DNA of 63,910 nt, filler included, from 6 parts of 6 records of this genome joined end to end with filler, not necessarily neighbours in it, one strand, 5' to 3'; counted from the whole stretch's first letter, positions 10,320 through 21,109 are shown. Notes: generated from the letters alone by a model not told the origin. Program-made: numbers and translations.

Positions 10320-12185
10320 CTACTTTTTCCCGATATAAGTATAATAAGCAGTAACCGTCTCCCCCTTCTCCAACGTAAACCAACTTTGAATCCGCTGCTC
10401 CCCTTTTTGCAAATCAAGCTCAAAAACAATTTCCTTATCTGCTTTATTTACTGGATGTGTTTGGTCAAATTCACCAACTTTTAATCGTGCCGAAACGACA
10501 TCCAAAGCGACATCTTTAACCTTCATCATTTTGTGCGTTGATGGGTGCATTGGATATTTACCTGCTTTATCGCAAATTCCTAAACCCGATTCTTTTGGGA
10601 AACGGCGTAGTGTTATTTTGTATTTACCCGGTTTCTCCACATCAATATAAGTCCAGCCATTTACAGCTTTCCCCGAACGAACCACACGTTGGCTATAAGC
10701 CACATCGTCGCCTAAGAGATTTTGCGACGAAATGACTACCTCTTTTTGCTTTTCAGGATTGATTACAAAAGCACAGTTTTCATCGGCTTTTTCAGAAATA
10801 CCTGCCCACCAACTTTCATATTCGTTTTTTAGTTGCATGACAATTTCCGGGTGCTGCCCTGCAATATCATTTTTCTGACCTGGGTCGGTTTTTAAATCGT
10901 ACAATTCCTCTCCCACCAAGCGCCAGTTGTCTTTCATTACCGAAAAGTCTTTGTATTTAATTAGTGGTCCCTCTACAACCGGTTCTCCAAAACGCCCCTG
11001 GTCGTGAACCACCAAAGTACGTTCGGGAAGTTTATCGTTTTCTAAAATAGCAGATTTTAAAGATGTTCCATCAAAAGGTAATTTAGGATCATATTCCAAT
11101 CCACATAAATCAATTAAAGTTGGCAACAGGTCAATATGTGCGGTAACTCCGCCAACGTCGCGCCCACCAGTTAAACCACCATTGGGCCAAAGCATAAAAC
11201 AAGCTGCCCGGTGACCACCTTCGTAACGCGATGTTTTTATGCCGCGCATTCCGGCGTTGTAGCCTTCTACAACCCAACCATTTCTGTTTCCTTTTGGCCC
11301 GGGACCTTCAAGTTTCGCGCCGTGGTTAGAACCGTTATCGTTCATAAAAACAATCATGGTCTCGCGTTCAATTCCCTGCTCTTGCAAATACCGCCGAAGT
11401 TTACCAATGTTTTCGTCAATATTCTCAATCATTCCGTAAAACTCTGCCCGGGGCTTAGTTTCAGGATTCTCCATAAACTTTTGCCTATACTTTTCAGGAA
11501 CATGCAAAGGTCCGTGTGGAGCATTGGTTGAGAGGTAAGCAAAAAATGGTTGTTCTTTGTTTTGCTTTATAAAATCTATTGTTTCGTTAAACCAAACATC
11601 GGTACAGTACCCCTCCACTTTCTCAGGTTTATTATTTCTGAAATAAATATCGTCGTAATAGTTATTATCCCAATAATCGGGCGTTTCGCCAACTACTCCA
11701 CCACCATGAATTAAAGCCTCATCAAATCCTCGGTCGGATGGGCGAAACGGATAATTATCGCCCAAATGCCATTTCCCAAAAATCGCTGTTTTATAACCAT
11801 TTTTCTGAAATACATTAGCCATAGTTGTTTCATCTCGACGCAAATGATGACGGCTTCCGTAGGTCAACCAAACTCCGGTTCGCGCAGAATAGCGCCCGGT
11901 CATTAAAGCTGCACGGGTTGGCGCGCAGGTTGGATCAACATGATAATCGGTCAGACGAATTCCTTCATCATATAACTTATCCATTTCGGGTGTTTTTAGC
12001 CAGGGATTTCCGTGGCACGAAAGGTCGCCGTATCCCTGATCGTCGGTTATTATGACGATGACGTTGGGCTTCCCTTCAACTCCCGACGTTTCAGCCGGGA
12101 CAGGTCCGCTCAGGGTGACCTTCGAGTTAAGAGTACACCCTATAAAGAGGGCTGCAATTATTAGGATGATGCTTATTGGTTTCAT
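10320..12185 (-). CDS. Arylsulfatase-type S1 sulfatase (Cys-type) with C-terminal extra domain
   Basis: ITDDQGYGD, CAPTR (CxPxR), GKWHLG, NDNG, YEGGHR; probable lipobox FIGC. Confidence 0.92.
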   Translation of the reverse strand: MKPISIILIIAALFIGCTLNSKVTLSGPVPAETSGVEGKPNVIVIITDDQGYGDLSCHGNPWLKTPEMDKLYDEGIRLTDYHVDPTCAPTRAALMTGRYSARTGVWLTYGSRHHLRRDETTMANVFQKNGYKTAIFGKWHLGDNYPFRPSDRGFDEALIHGGGVVGETPDYWDNNYYDDIYFRNNKPEKVEGYCTDVWFNETIDFIKQNKEQPFFAYLSTNAPHGPLHVPEKYRQKFMENPETKPRAEFYGMIENIDENIGKLRRYLQEQGIERETMIVFMNDNGSNHGAKLEGPGPKGNRNGWVVEGYNAGMRGIKTSRYEGGHRAACFMLWPNGGLTGGRDVGGVTAHIDLLPTLIDLCGLEYDPKLPFDGTSLKSAILENDKLPERTLVVHDQGRFGEPVVEGPLIKYKDFSVMKDNWRLVGEELYDLKTDPGQKNDIAGQHPEIVMQLKNEYESWWAGISEKADENCAFVINPEKQKEVVISSQNLLGDDVAYSQRVVRSGKAVNGWTYIDVEKPGKYKITLRRFPKESGLGICDKAGKYPMHPSTHKMMKVKDVALDVVSARLKVGEFDQTHPVNKADKEIVFELDLQKGEQRIQSWFTLEKGETVTAYYTYIGKK

Positions 12186-12205
12186 TTTTTATGCACTTAT
12201 TTGGG

Positions 12206-12254
12206 ACTTCGACTTTCCCAGGTCGAAGAAAATATCGGACTTAGGAAAGTCCGA
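12206..12254. repeat. Two adjacent short palindromes (REP-like)
   Basis: CTTCGAC...GTCGAAG and TCGGACT...AGTCCGA in the intergenic gap. Confidence 0.45.
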
Positions 12255-12282
12255 CTCCCCTTATTGTTCTAATTTTCTATTT

Positions 12283-14634
12283 TTAAAACTCACTCTCCAA
12301 CCACTCGGCAACTTGTTTGGTTATATCAACGGGTGCAATTTTATGACCTCCAGGGTGCGAAAAGTGCTTCACTGTATTTCCTCGTTTTTCAAGCGTTGCC
12401 GTATCAATATCTTTCCATTTGTTGGCACCTTTGTCTTTTTCGCCGTTAATTATTGCTACCATCATTCCTGCCGGATATGTGGCGTCCTGGTAATCCTTGC
12501 CTCCAAGCCAGCCACCGTAGGCAATTACTCCGGCAAATTTCTCGCTGCGGCGGGCAGTAATTCCATAAGCGCGCATGGCACCTCCCGAAAATCCGGCTAA
12601 ATAAACTCTTTGATTATTGTGAGCAATTGACTTTAAGATGTCGTTCAATAAAACATCCTCTATTTCAACCTCCAGTTTTTCATCTTTCATATTGTTCCGC
12701 AACGAATCGCAGCCAACAACAATCCAACTAAGGTCTTTTACTCCATCAAATATCTTTTCTCCAATTTGTTTTCCGTTTCCGCCCGGACTAAAAGCAATTA
12801 CAATGGGTGCTGGCTTTTGCGGGTTAAACGATTCGGGAAAATAAGCATGATAAGCAACCGTATGTTTTCCCTTGGCAATTCGGGTGTTTACCTCACCTTT
12901 TTTAATAAACGACTCATCTTTTAAAGGTTTCCCGGGTTCTTCAAATACATCTTTCTGCAGTTTTTTTAAATCGAAAGTTTGTTCTTGTTCAAACAATGGT
13001 TTTTCCTTGTTATCTTCAAGATAAACAGTAATCTTTCCCTTGCATCCTTTTGTTAAACCTGCTGTATTTTCTACCTGAACAAGTACTTTTTCATGAGGTT
13101 TCAATGCCGGGATTTTCCCTTTAAGTTTTATGGTATTTCCTTCTGTTTCAAACTGAACAATTACTGAAGATGCAACCGAAGCCGATAATCCAAAATTTTG
13201 AACTTCAAACTCAACTAACTGGCTGTTATTTTCAGGAATATAAGGTTTTCTTGAAGAAAGGATTGGCGGCAAATAATCAATTCCGGGAAGACGAGCCCAG
13301 CCAAACAACAATTTTCCTTTCTTCGTTTCGCCGAGTAACTTAATCGCAAAATTATTGTCCGTTAATCCATGCTTCCCTTCGAAAGTGATGATAATATCCT
13401 TCCCATCTTTTTTGCTGTTTTTCACGGTGCAACCTCCGCCGTAATTCACTGTTTCAGAAGCTCCCAAACGAAGCTTTTTCAAATTCATATCCTTTTGAGG
13501 ATTAAAATCTTTTTCAGCCTTAATTTTCAAGATAATCTCTGAAGTAGTTGCTGTTATTCCATCAACATTTAACACCTCCATTAAACGACTTTTTGTTAAG
13601 GGAATAGAAATGTTTTTTGAATTGTGATTATCCTTTGAAAAATCGGCATGTTTCGAGGTGTCGATTACGGCAAAATTAGCCTGCACTGCGCGCCCGTATT
13701 CATCTTGTAACATACGAATACGCTCGTATTTATACCAATTGGTATTTGTACCATTTTCGTATTTCGATATGCCTGGAAAGTATGCCTGCCCCGGTTCTTC
13801 AACCCAGTGGATTCCATCTAACGAACGCTGATAATGTGCAATGCGCCCATACCAATCGTTTACAATTTTATGGTATTGAATGTGGTCTTTCCAAATTACC
13901 GGATCTTCATATTTTCCGGGCATTGGCGGATGCGTTGAACCATTGCTCACCTTTTCGTAAACAGAAATTCCATCCTTGCTAATCCACATATCGCCGGCAC
14001 GTGGCATGGCAAGGTACGAACCATCTTCGCGCTGAACAAAACTCATGTTAACCATAAAACGAAGCTTTTTACGGTCGCGTAAATCAAATTTGTATAAACC
14101 GCCCTCTTTCCAGGGGCCTTCTAAACTGTCTGAAATAAAGTAACAAATGCGGTGCCCCTCGCTTACCGAATAAATTACATAGCGACCGTCTTCCAACTGG
14201 TACAAATCAGGATTATGGCCAAGGCCAACGATTTGGTCTGTGGCTTTGTACGGTCCAACCGGATTATCGGAAATAGTTCTTACAATTTCGGAATAATGGT
14301 AGGCCCAGTGCCCCTTGGGATGGTCTTCCCGCCAACGACACATAAACATATTGTATTTTCCGTCTTCTGCCTGAAACGGTTTTCCGCCCCAATATGACCA
14401 TTCGGGGTCTTCAATTCCGTTAAGCAAGTCGCGTGGTTTAGAATCCTGAGCCCCCCAGGTATCCGATGTTAACTCACCCATAATTGGCATAGGATTAAAT
14501 AAATCGGAGAATTGCCCACCGTAAACCAAGCTGTCCCATTTGGACGGCAAGGTGCGTTCTATATCTTGTGCAAATGTTGTTACTGAAAATAAAATCAGTA
14601 GCGTTGGTAGTAATTTTTTTATCATGGTTTTCAA
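12283..14634 (-). CDS. Five-bladed beta-propeller glycoside hydrolase (GH43/GH117-like clan) fused to an Ig-like domain and a C-terminal alpha/beta-hydrolase
   Basis: Signal peptide; WSYWGG, SDNPVGPY, GHNP, EDPVIW and YERIR propeller motifs; C-terminal GFSGG, GEKD and GGH triad. Confidence 0.7.
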   Translation of the reverse strand: MKTMIKKLLPTLLILFSVTTFAQDIERTLPSKWDSLVYGGQFSDLFNPMPIMGELTSDTWGAQDSKPRDLLNGIEDPEWSYWGGKPFQAEDGKYNMFMCRWREDHPKGHWAYHYSEIVRTISDNPVGPYKATDQIVGLGHNPDLYQLEDGRYVIYSVSEGHRICYFISDSLEGPWKEGGLYKFDLRDRKKLRFMVNMSFVQREDGSYLAMPRAGDMWISKDGISVYEKVSNGSTHPPMPGKYEDPVIWKDHIQYHKIVNDWYGRIAHYQRSLDGIHWVEEPGQAYFPGISKYENGTNTNWYKYERIRMLQDEYGRAVQANFAVIDTSKHADFSKDNHNSKNISIPLTKSRLMEVLNVDGITATTSEIILKIKAEKDFNPQKDMNLKKLRLGASETVNYGGGCTVKNSKKDGKDIIITFEGKHGLTDNNFAIKLLGETKKGKLLFGWARLPGIDYLPPILSSRKPYIPENNSQLVEFEVQNFGLSASVASSVIVQFETEGNTIKLKGKIPALKPHEKVLVQVENTAGLTKGCKGKITVYLEDNKEKPLFEQEQTFDLKKLQKDVFEEPGKPLKDESFIKKGEVNTRIAKGKHTVAYHAYFPESFNPQKPAPIVIAFSPGGNGKQIGEKIFDGVKDLSWIVVGCDSLRNNMKDEKLEVEIEDVLLNDILKSIAHNNQRVYLAGFSGGAMRAYGITARRSEKFAGVIAYGGWLGGKDYQDATYPAGMMVAIINGEKDKGANKWKDIDTATLEKRGNTVKHFSHPGGHKIAPVDITKQVAEWLESEF

Positions 14635-14636
14635 AT

Positions 14637-17003
14637 TTATATCTCTTTCAAGTTTGGATTAAACCTATATTCTTTCCCTATTTTCGTTTCCAACTCAATT
14701 TCCTTGTCGCCATATTTCAATTTGCAAGGCTCGCCTTTTAGCGATTTTACGATAACCTCAACCATTTTCCCATCGCTCCATTCAATATCAATTTCAAAAG
14801 CACCACGAGCCCTCAAACCTTTGACCTTTCCATCGGGTAAAGCCGTGGGCAGCGCAGGCAAAATGTGCACACAACCGGCATGGCTTTGCAACAACATTTC
14901 GGCAATGGCCGAGGTGCAACCAAAGTTGGCATCGGTTTCCCACATTTTACGCGTAATGCCCTGTACACTTATGGCAAACAGGTTGGGATACGAACTGTTG
15001 GCAATCATATATTTTAGAATATCGTAGGCTTTATCGCCTTGTAGTAAACGTGCATAACTTTGGCAAATCCAGGCGGTATTTCCACGAAAAACAGGAGTTT
15101 GTGCGCTTCCATTTTCAACACGGTAATCCAGCGATTTTAATGCGGCATTCGCCAGTTTTGGAGTTCGCAAAGGCGTAATTATATTTCCCTCGCAGGCGCC
15201 CCATAAATGAGCCACGTGTTTGTGCCCGGGCTCCACTTCCTTAAACGGTTCCATCCATTCTTGCAAACGTCCGTTTTTATCAATTTGTAAGGGCTGCAAA
15301 CGCGCTTTCATTTGTGTTAAAATATTTCGGAAATCGTTGTCAGAATTCAACACCTTACTTGCTTCAATACAGTTGTTGAATAAGTCGGCAACAAACTGCG
15401 TATCCATTGTTGGCCCCATAGATTGTGACGATTGCTGACCATTTGGAGCAATAAAAGTATTTTCGGGCGAGGTTGCCGGTCCGGTTACCAAATACCCGGT
15501 TTTGGGATATTCAACCAAATAATCCACAAAAAACTCAGCCGCTTCTTTGATTATCGGGTACGTCTTGTTTTTCAGATAGTCTATATCGCGGGTAAACAAA
15601 TAATGTTGCCACATTTGGTGCGCTCCCCAGGCAGGTGTCATTACCCACATGCCATGCGTTGGACGCCCAACTGCTCCCGTAAAACGCCAGCCATCGGTAG
15701 CATGATGCGCCACAAAACCTTTGGCCCTATAAGTTATTTTTGCCGATTTTCTACCGGCAGGTCGCAATTCATCTATTAAATCAAAAAAAGGTGTATTACA
15801 CTCAGCCAGGTTACAAACTTGTGCCGGCCAGTAATTCATCGGAATATTTATGTTGGTGTGGTAATCGGCATTGTACCATGGATCGATAGTGTTAATCCAC
15901 TTGCCCCAAAGATTAATGGCTTGTGTTCCCGGCCGCGAACTTGAAATTAAAAGGTAACGTCCAAACTGAAAATACAGGGCAATCAACTCAGCATCGGGAA
16001 TTCCCTGACGAAAAACCTCAATGCGTTTATCGGTTGGCAATTTGGCAACTTTAGTGGGTCCCATTCGCCTTATTTTTTTGGTTTGAGGCAATTCAAGCTC
16101 TACCCGGTTAAAAAGTCTTTGGTAATCATTTACATGATCTGCCAATATTTCTTCGTACGATTTATTCGAAATTGATTGAAATTGTTGATTACACTTTTCA
16201 TGAGGATTATCGCCTCGAAAATCAGTTGCAGAAACAATACGAATTTCAACTTCTCCGGCATTTTTTATACGAATGCCATTATTAATTGCAGAAAGCTCAC
16301 CTTCTTTTACAAGAATTTGAATTTGAGCCTCGTATGAAACGCCTCCTGAATTTGGATTTCCTTTATCAGTAGCTTGTCCCGAAACAATAATCTTATTGCC
16401 GAAAACATTTACTGCTGACTGTTCGCGATTAAAAACAGCATCGAAATTCAACTGCCCTTTTTTATCACTCCCTAACCGAATAATTATCATCTGGTCAACT
16501 GCACTTGAAAATAATTCACGCTTAAAATTAACATCGTCCATTTTGTATGAAACACTGCTTATGGCTTTATCTAAATCCAATTCGCGGCGGTAATCATTAG
16601 CTTCTGCGTGTTTATTTTCATATTCGAAATATAAATGCAAATCGCCCAAAGTTTGATAGGTATGCACGCCATGAGCATGGTGCGGTAACATCATTTTATC
16701 GTTTACCAACTTTTCTGCCTTTTTATATTCGCCATTGAATAAAAGTTGCCTTATTTCATCCAGGTATTTTGCGCCCTCAGGATTGTCTTTGTTTTCGGGT
16801 TTGCCGCTCCAAATTTCATCGTTGTTTAGTTGAATAATTTCGTGATGAACGCCACCCTGATTGGTTGCGAGCAAACGGCCGTTGCCAATTGGTAAGCTTT
16901 CTACCCATTCGCGGGCTGGGTGTTCGTACCAAAGTTTTAGGCCTTGGCCCTTAGCTTGCCCTAGACAGAGGATTAGGATTGTTATTAGAAATGTTATTCT
17001 CAT
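14637..17003 (-). CDS. GH95 alpha-L-fucosidase / alpha-L-galactosidase family
   Basis: LWYEHPA..W.ESLPIGNG, YFQFGRYLLISSSRPG, DYHTNINIPMNYW, SPEN, HKHVAHLW, AEMLLQSH, GLRARG. Confidence 0.92.
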   Translation of the reverse strand: MRITFLITILILCLGQAKGQGLKLWYEHPAREWVESLPIGNGRLLATNQGGVHHEIIQLNNDEIWSGKPENKDNPEGAKYLDEIRQLLFNGEYKKAEKLVNDKMMLPHHAHGVHTYQTLGDLHLYFEYENKHAEANDYRRELDLDKAISSVSYKMDDVNFKRELFSSAVDQMIIIRLGSDKKGQLNFDAVFNREQSAVNVFGNKIIVSGQATDKGNPNSGGVSYEAQIQILVKEGELSAINNGIRIKNAGEVEIRIVSATDFRGDNPHEKCNQQFQSISNKSYEEILADHVNDYQRLFNRVELELPQTKKIRRMGPTKVAKLPTDKRIEVFRQGIPDAELIALYFQFGRYLLISSSRPGTQAINLWGKWINTIDPWYNADYHTNINIPMNYWPAQVCNLAECNTPFFDLIDELRPAGRKSAKITYRAKGFVAHHATDGWRFTGAVGRPTHGMWVMTPAWGAHQMWQHYLFTRDIDYLKNKTYPIIKEAAEFFVDYLVEYPKTGYLVTGPATSPENTFIAPNGQQSSQSMGPTMDTQFVADLFNNCIEASKVLNSDNDFRNILTQMKARLQPLQIDKNGRLQEWMEPFKEVEPGHKHVAHLWGACEGNIITPLRTPKLANAALKSLDYRVENGSAQTPVFRGNTAWICQSYARLLQGDKAYDILKYMIANSSYPNLFAISVQGITRKMWETDANFGCTSAIAEMLLQSHAGCVHILPALPTALPDGKVKGLRARGAFEIDIEWSDGKMVEVIVKSLKGEPCKLKYGDKEIELETKIGKEYRFNPNLKEI

Positions 17004-17055
17004 CGTTTCAAATTGTAAGTTACAAGCCTCTATTTCAATCTAATTCCATTTATGC

Positions 17056-17172
17056 GGCGCATGGTTACGGCAGTTTTTCAAACTATTCTTTTTGATGCGC
17101 CTTTCTTGATTCCGTTGTCGTAATCTCCGGGTTGAAACCCGGGGGTATTCATGTTAAATCCCTACAGGATTA
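17056..17172. repeat. ~117-nt intergenic repeat, copy 1 (two hairpins)
   Basis: GGCGCAT...ATGCGCC; CCGGGTTGAAACCCGG; TATTCATGTTAAATCCCTACAGGATTA; similar to 19545-19660. Confidence 0.75.
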
Positions 17173-19510
17173 CATCTTCTTCAACTTCCCATTAAATCTA
17201 TATTCTTTTCCTTTTTCAGTTTTGAATTCGATTAGCTTATCACCGTAATTTAGTTTGCAGGGTTGACCATCGGTGGATTTAATTTTTACCGATTGTAGTT
17301 TGCCTTCTTTCCAGTTCAAATCTACGTCGAAGCCACCTCGTGCTACCAGGCCTTTAACACTTCCTGTTGCAAGTTCTTTGGGTAGTGCCGGTAATAAATT
17401 GACATAGCCTGCATGACTTTGCAACAACATTTCGGCAATAGCTGATGTTACTCCGAAGTTCACATCGGTTTCGAACATTTCGCGTGTGCGGCCGCGTTCG
17501 CCAACAGCAAACAGGTTATCCCACGAACTTTTTGCCAGAATTTTATTGATTTGACTGTAGGCTTTTTCGCTTTCCAGCAAACGCACATAGCTACAAGTTA
17601 CCCAGGCGGCTATTCCCTGGTATTCGGGCGAGTCGGCAGTACCATTTTCTACACGAACATCCAGCGATTTTCGGGCAGCTTCAAATAATTCAGGTGTTTC
17701 TTCGGTAATCTGATTTCCGGGGCAAAGTCCCCACAAATGTGAAATATGACGATGCCCTTTGTGAAGTTCCTCAAATGGTTCTGCCCATTCCAGCAATCGT
17801 CCATCTTCACCAATTTGCATGGGCATTAAACGGGCCTTTAACTTTTTCAATTCAGCCCTAAAATATTCGTCTACACCCAAAACTTTACTGGCTTCAATCG
17901 TATTGCTAAATAAATCAAAAAGCAACTGATTATCCATGGTTGGTGCCATTGAAAGCGAAACCACTTTGCCGTTTGGAGTTATAAAACGATTCTCGGGCGA
18001 AGTGGATGGCCCGGTTACCAGAACCATACTTTGGATGTTCAACCAAATAATCGAAAAAGAATTCGCATGCTTCTTTCATGATTGGATAACTGGTATTTCG
18101 CAGATAATTCTTATCCCTACCGAATAAATAATGCTCCCACATGTGCTGACATCCCCAGGCTGGAGCCATTGGCCAGGTTGCGTAAGGAGGATTTCCTTGC
18201 AAAGCGGTGTAATACCAGGCATCGGTAGCATAGTGGGCAGTAAAACCACGGGCGTTGTAGGTTTCTTTTGCTGTTTTTCGCCCATTCGTTCGCAACGAAT
18301 CAATTAAATCAATAAATGGTTCCTGACATTCGCTAAGGTTGCACATTTCTGCCAACCAATAATTCATTTGAATATTTATGTTGATGTGATAATCGGCATC
18401 GTAAGCAGGAGCTAAACCCTGCACCCATTTTCCCCAAAGGCTAATTGCCATTGAACCGGGGCGCGAGGCACTCATTAATAAATATCGCCCAAACTGGAAA
18501 TAAAGCTCGATAAGTTGCGGGTCTGCGGCACCATTTGCAAAAGCTTTCAGACGTTTATCGGTTGGAAGTTTAGCATTTTCTGATGTTCCCAAATCCAAAT
18601 CAACACGTTTAAATAAACGTTGATACTCGGCAATATGCTGGGCTTTTATGTTCTTAAAACTTTTACCGTTTATGGCACCTAATCTTTCCTCACAAATATT
18701 TGAAGGGTCTTCCCCGTAGTAATTTGTTGCCCCCACCAATTTCAAGGTAACTTTTGTAGCATTTACTACACCAATTCCTTTTGGCAATTGATTTACATTA
18801 CCATCATAAGCCTGCACTTCCAACTGTCCTTCGTATTCAACTCCCGCCCAACCTGTTACTTGAGTCGAAATTGCCGTACCGTTCATCGAAATACGATTAT
18901 TGTTGATGTTCGTAACCAAAGCTCCTTTGCGTGAAAGGCTTACATTAAATGAAAGTGCTCCCGGTTTATCAGAACTTAGCTGCACTATTATGGCGTTATC
19001 AACCGGGCTTGAAAAAACTTCGCGGGTGTATGTAACATCACCTTTTTTGTAACTCACTTTTACAATCGCGGTTTCTAAATCAAGCTCGCGACAATAATCC
19101 TTTACCTCTGCCGAATTAGGGTAGGAAAACTTTAGGTCGATATTCCCCAATTCCTGATAAGTATGCACACCAATTGGAAGCCGAAAACCATTCATTTTTG
19201 CCTTAACCATTCTTTCTGCTTCCCAGTATTTTCCATTGAACATTAACTGCCTTATTTCATCCAAATTTTTCCAGGCACCGGATTTGTCGCGTTCTATATG
19301 TCCACCGGTCCAAACGGTTTCTTCGTTAATCTGAATCTTTTCCTGCTCTATTCCACCTTGTACCATTCCCATAAGTTTGCCGTTTCCAATTGGAAGCCCG
19401 GCTGTCCACTCCTTGGCAGGTTGTTCGTACCAAAGTTTTAAATTTTGGGAGAAACCGGTGAAAGAGCTTACGAGGATTAGCAGTAAAACTATTGATTTAA
19501 GTTTATTCAT
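17170..19510 (-). pseudogene. Second GH95 gene split by a frameshift near 18022 (pseudogene or sequencing error)
   Basis: ORFs 17930-19510 and 17170-18042 together give a full GH95 colinear with 14637-17003; junction HPKYG|LVTGPSTSPEN versus paralog YPKTGYLVTGPATSPEN. Confidence 0.85.
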
Positions 19511-19544
19511 GTTGTTTTGATTTTCAATTTTGGTCTGTATGTGT

Positions 19545-19660
19545 GGCGCATGCTTCTTTGGCTTTTCAATCTTGTTTTCACGATGCGCCTTGTGTTAAGT
19601 TTCAGTTTATGCCCCCGGGTTAAAACCCGGGGTTATTCATATTTAATCCCTACGGGATTA
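19545..19660. repeat. ~117-nt intergenic repeat, copy 2
   Basis: GGCGCAT...ATGCGCC; CCCCGGGTTAAAACCCGGGG; TATTCATATTTAATCCCTACGGGATTA. Confidence 0.75.
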
Positions 19661-21103
19661 TTTCTGTTTATACTTCCTGTTATAGTTCTCTGTTGGTTGA
19701 AGTTCAGCATTTTGTTTGGGCAAGTGCGCGGACAATTCTTTTTTTATTGAATTGTATTTTACATTTTCTGCCAGATTTGTAAAGTTCTTTGGGTCGGTTT
19801 GCTGATTATATAATTCTTCCGAACCGTCTTTGTATCGAATATACCTCCAATTCTCTGAACGCACAGCGTGATTTTGGAAACCTTGCGTACAAACAACCGA
19901 GCGACCTGTTTCCAATGCTGGATTATTCAGAAGTGGCATCAAACTTTCACCATCCAATTCCTGCGATGATGGAATGCCACAAATCTCGTTTAGTGTTGGA
20001 TAAATATCGAGTAAACTAACAGCTTGTGCACATTTTCCACCCACTTTATATTTTCCAGGAGAAGCTATTATCAGCGGAACACGAGTAGTCTGCTCCCATA
20101 AAGCAAATTTCTCCCAATGTTGTTTTTGTCCTAAATGGTAACCATGGTCGGTCCATAAAACAATTACTGTATTTTCGGCTAACGGTCCATTATTTAAAGC
20201 CGTTAACAAGCGTCCAACCATATCGTCGGTAAAACTTACCGATGCATAATAAGCTTGCACCGCTTCTTCCCATTTATTATTCTCCACCAGCCATTTGTGC
20301 CAGGTATGTTTTGTCATTTTTATACCTGCCGCTGGCACATCTTCCATATCGTTCTCTTTTGTCTCCGGCATTTTTAATGTTTCCAAAGGATGTTTGTCGA
20401 AATACTCTTTGGGAGTCCACCATGGAATGTGCGGACGATAAATTCCAACCGCCAAAAACAAAGGTTTTTCGTGCTCTTTCGAAAGCTGCTCTTCTGCCCA
20501 CGCAACTACTTTTGCATCGCCCATTTCGTCAGGAGAAATATCTAAAGCTGCCCAATCGAAATGACCACCATAAAATTTAGGATTGCTGTTTGCAGGAAAT
20601 TTTTCGGGACGAACTTCAGGTGCCAATTGTTTGTTTTTCGAGGGATAAAAATCATCCCACGGACGAGGGTCTAGTAGCCCCGTAAAACCACGTTTGGTTA
20701 GAGATGCTGCATGGTAAATCTTCCCTCCTCCTAAAGTTTTATAACCGTTGTTTTTAAAATGATGTGGTATGGTTTGCCAGTCTTTTAACATGTTGTTTTG
20801 GCGCCAATCCTGCCAATTCATATAAACGCCCGAAGTAGATGGAGCAATGCCGGTAATTACACTTGTTCGTGAAGGGTTACAAGCCGGCGCAGCACAATGT
20901 GCATTGGTAAAAAGCGTCCCCTGTTCGGCTAAAGAATTGATATTTGGTGTTGCAACATAGGTTTCGCCATTCATGCCTTTTAGGCAAGCATTCAGGTCGT
21001 CGATGGCGATAAAAAGCACGTTTGGTTTTTGCGGTTCTTCTTGTTTGCATGATATTAACAGTATCACAAAAACAAGTATAAAATATGTAACTGTACCCTT
21101 CAT
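19658..21103 (-). CDS. S1 sulfatase, iduronate-2-sulfatase-like (tentatively S1_7), lipoprotein
   Basis: IAIDDL, CNPSR, GKIYH, YRPHIPW, TDHGYHLGQK.HWEK; lipobox LISC. Confidence 0.9.
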   Translation of the reverse strand: MKGTVTYFILVFVILLISCKQEEPQKPNVLFIAIDDLNACLKGMNGETYVATPNINSLAEQGTLFTNAHCAAPACNPSRTSVITGIAPSTSGVYMNWQDWRQNNMLKDWQTIPHHFKNNGYKTLGGGKIYHAASLTKRGFTGLLDPRPWDDFYPSKNKQLAPEVRPEKFPANSNPKFYGGHFDWAALDISPDEMGDAKVVAWAEEQLSKEHEKPLFLAVGIYRPHIPWWTPKEYFDKHPLETLKMPETKENDMEDVPAAGIKMTKHTWHKWLVENNKWEEAVQAYYASVSFTDDMVGRLLTALNNGPLAENTVIVLWTDHGYHLGQKQHWEKFALWEQTTRVPLIIASPGKYKVGGKCAQAVSLLDIYPTLNEICGIPSSQELDGESLMPLLNNPALETGRSVVCTQGFQNHAVRSENWRYIRYKDGSEELYNQQTDPKNFTNLAENVKYNSIKKELSAHLPKQNAELQPTENYNRKYKQK

Positions 21104-21109
21104 TTTAGT

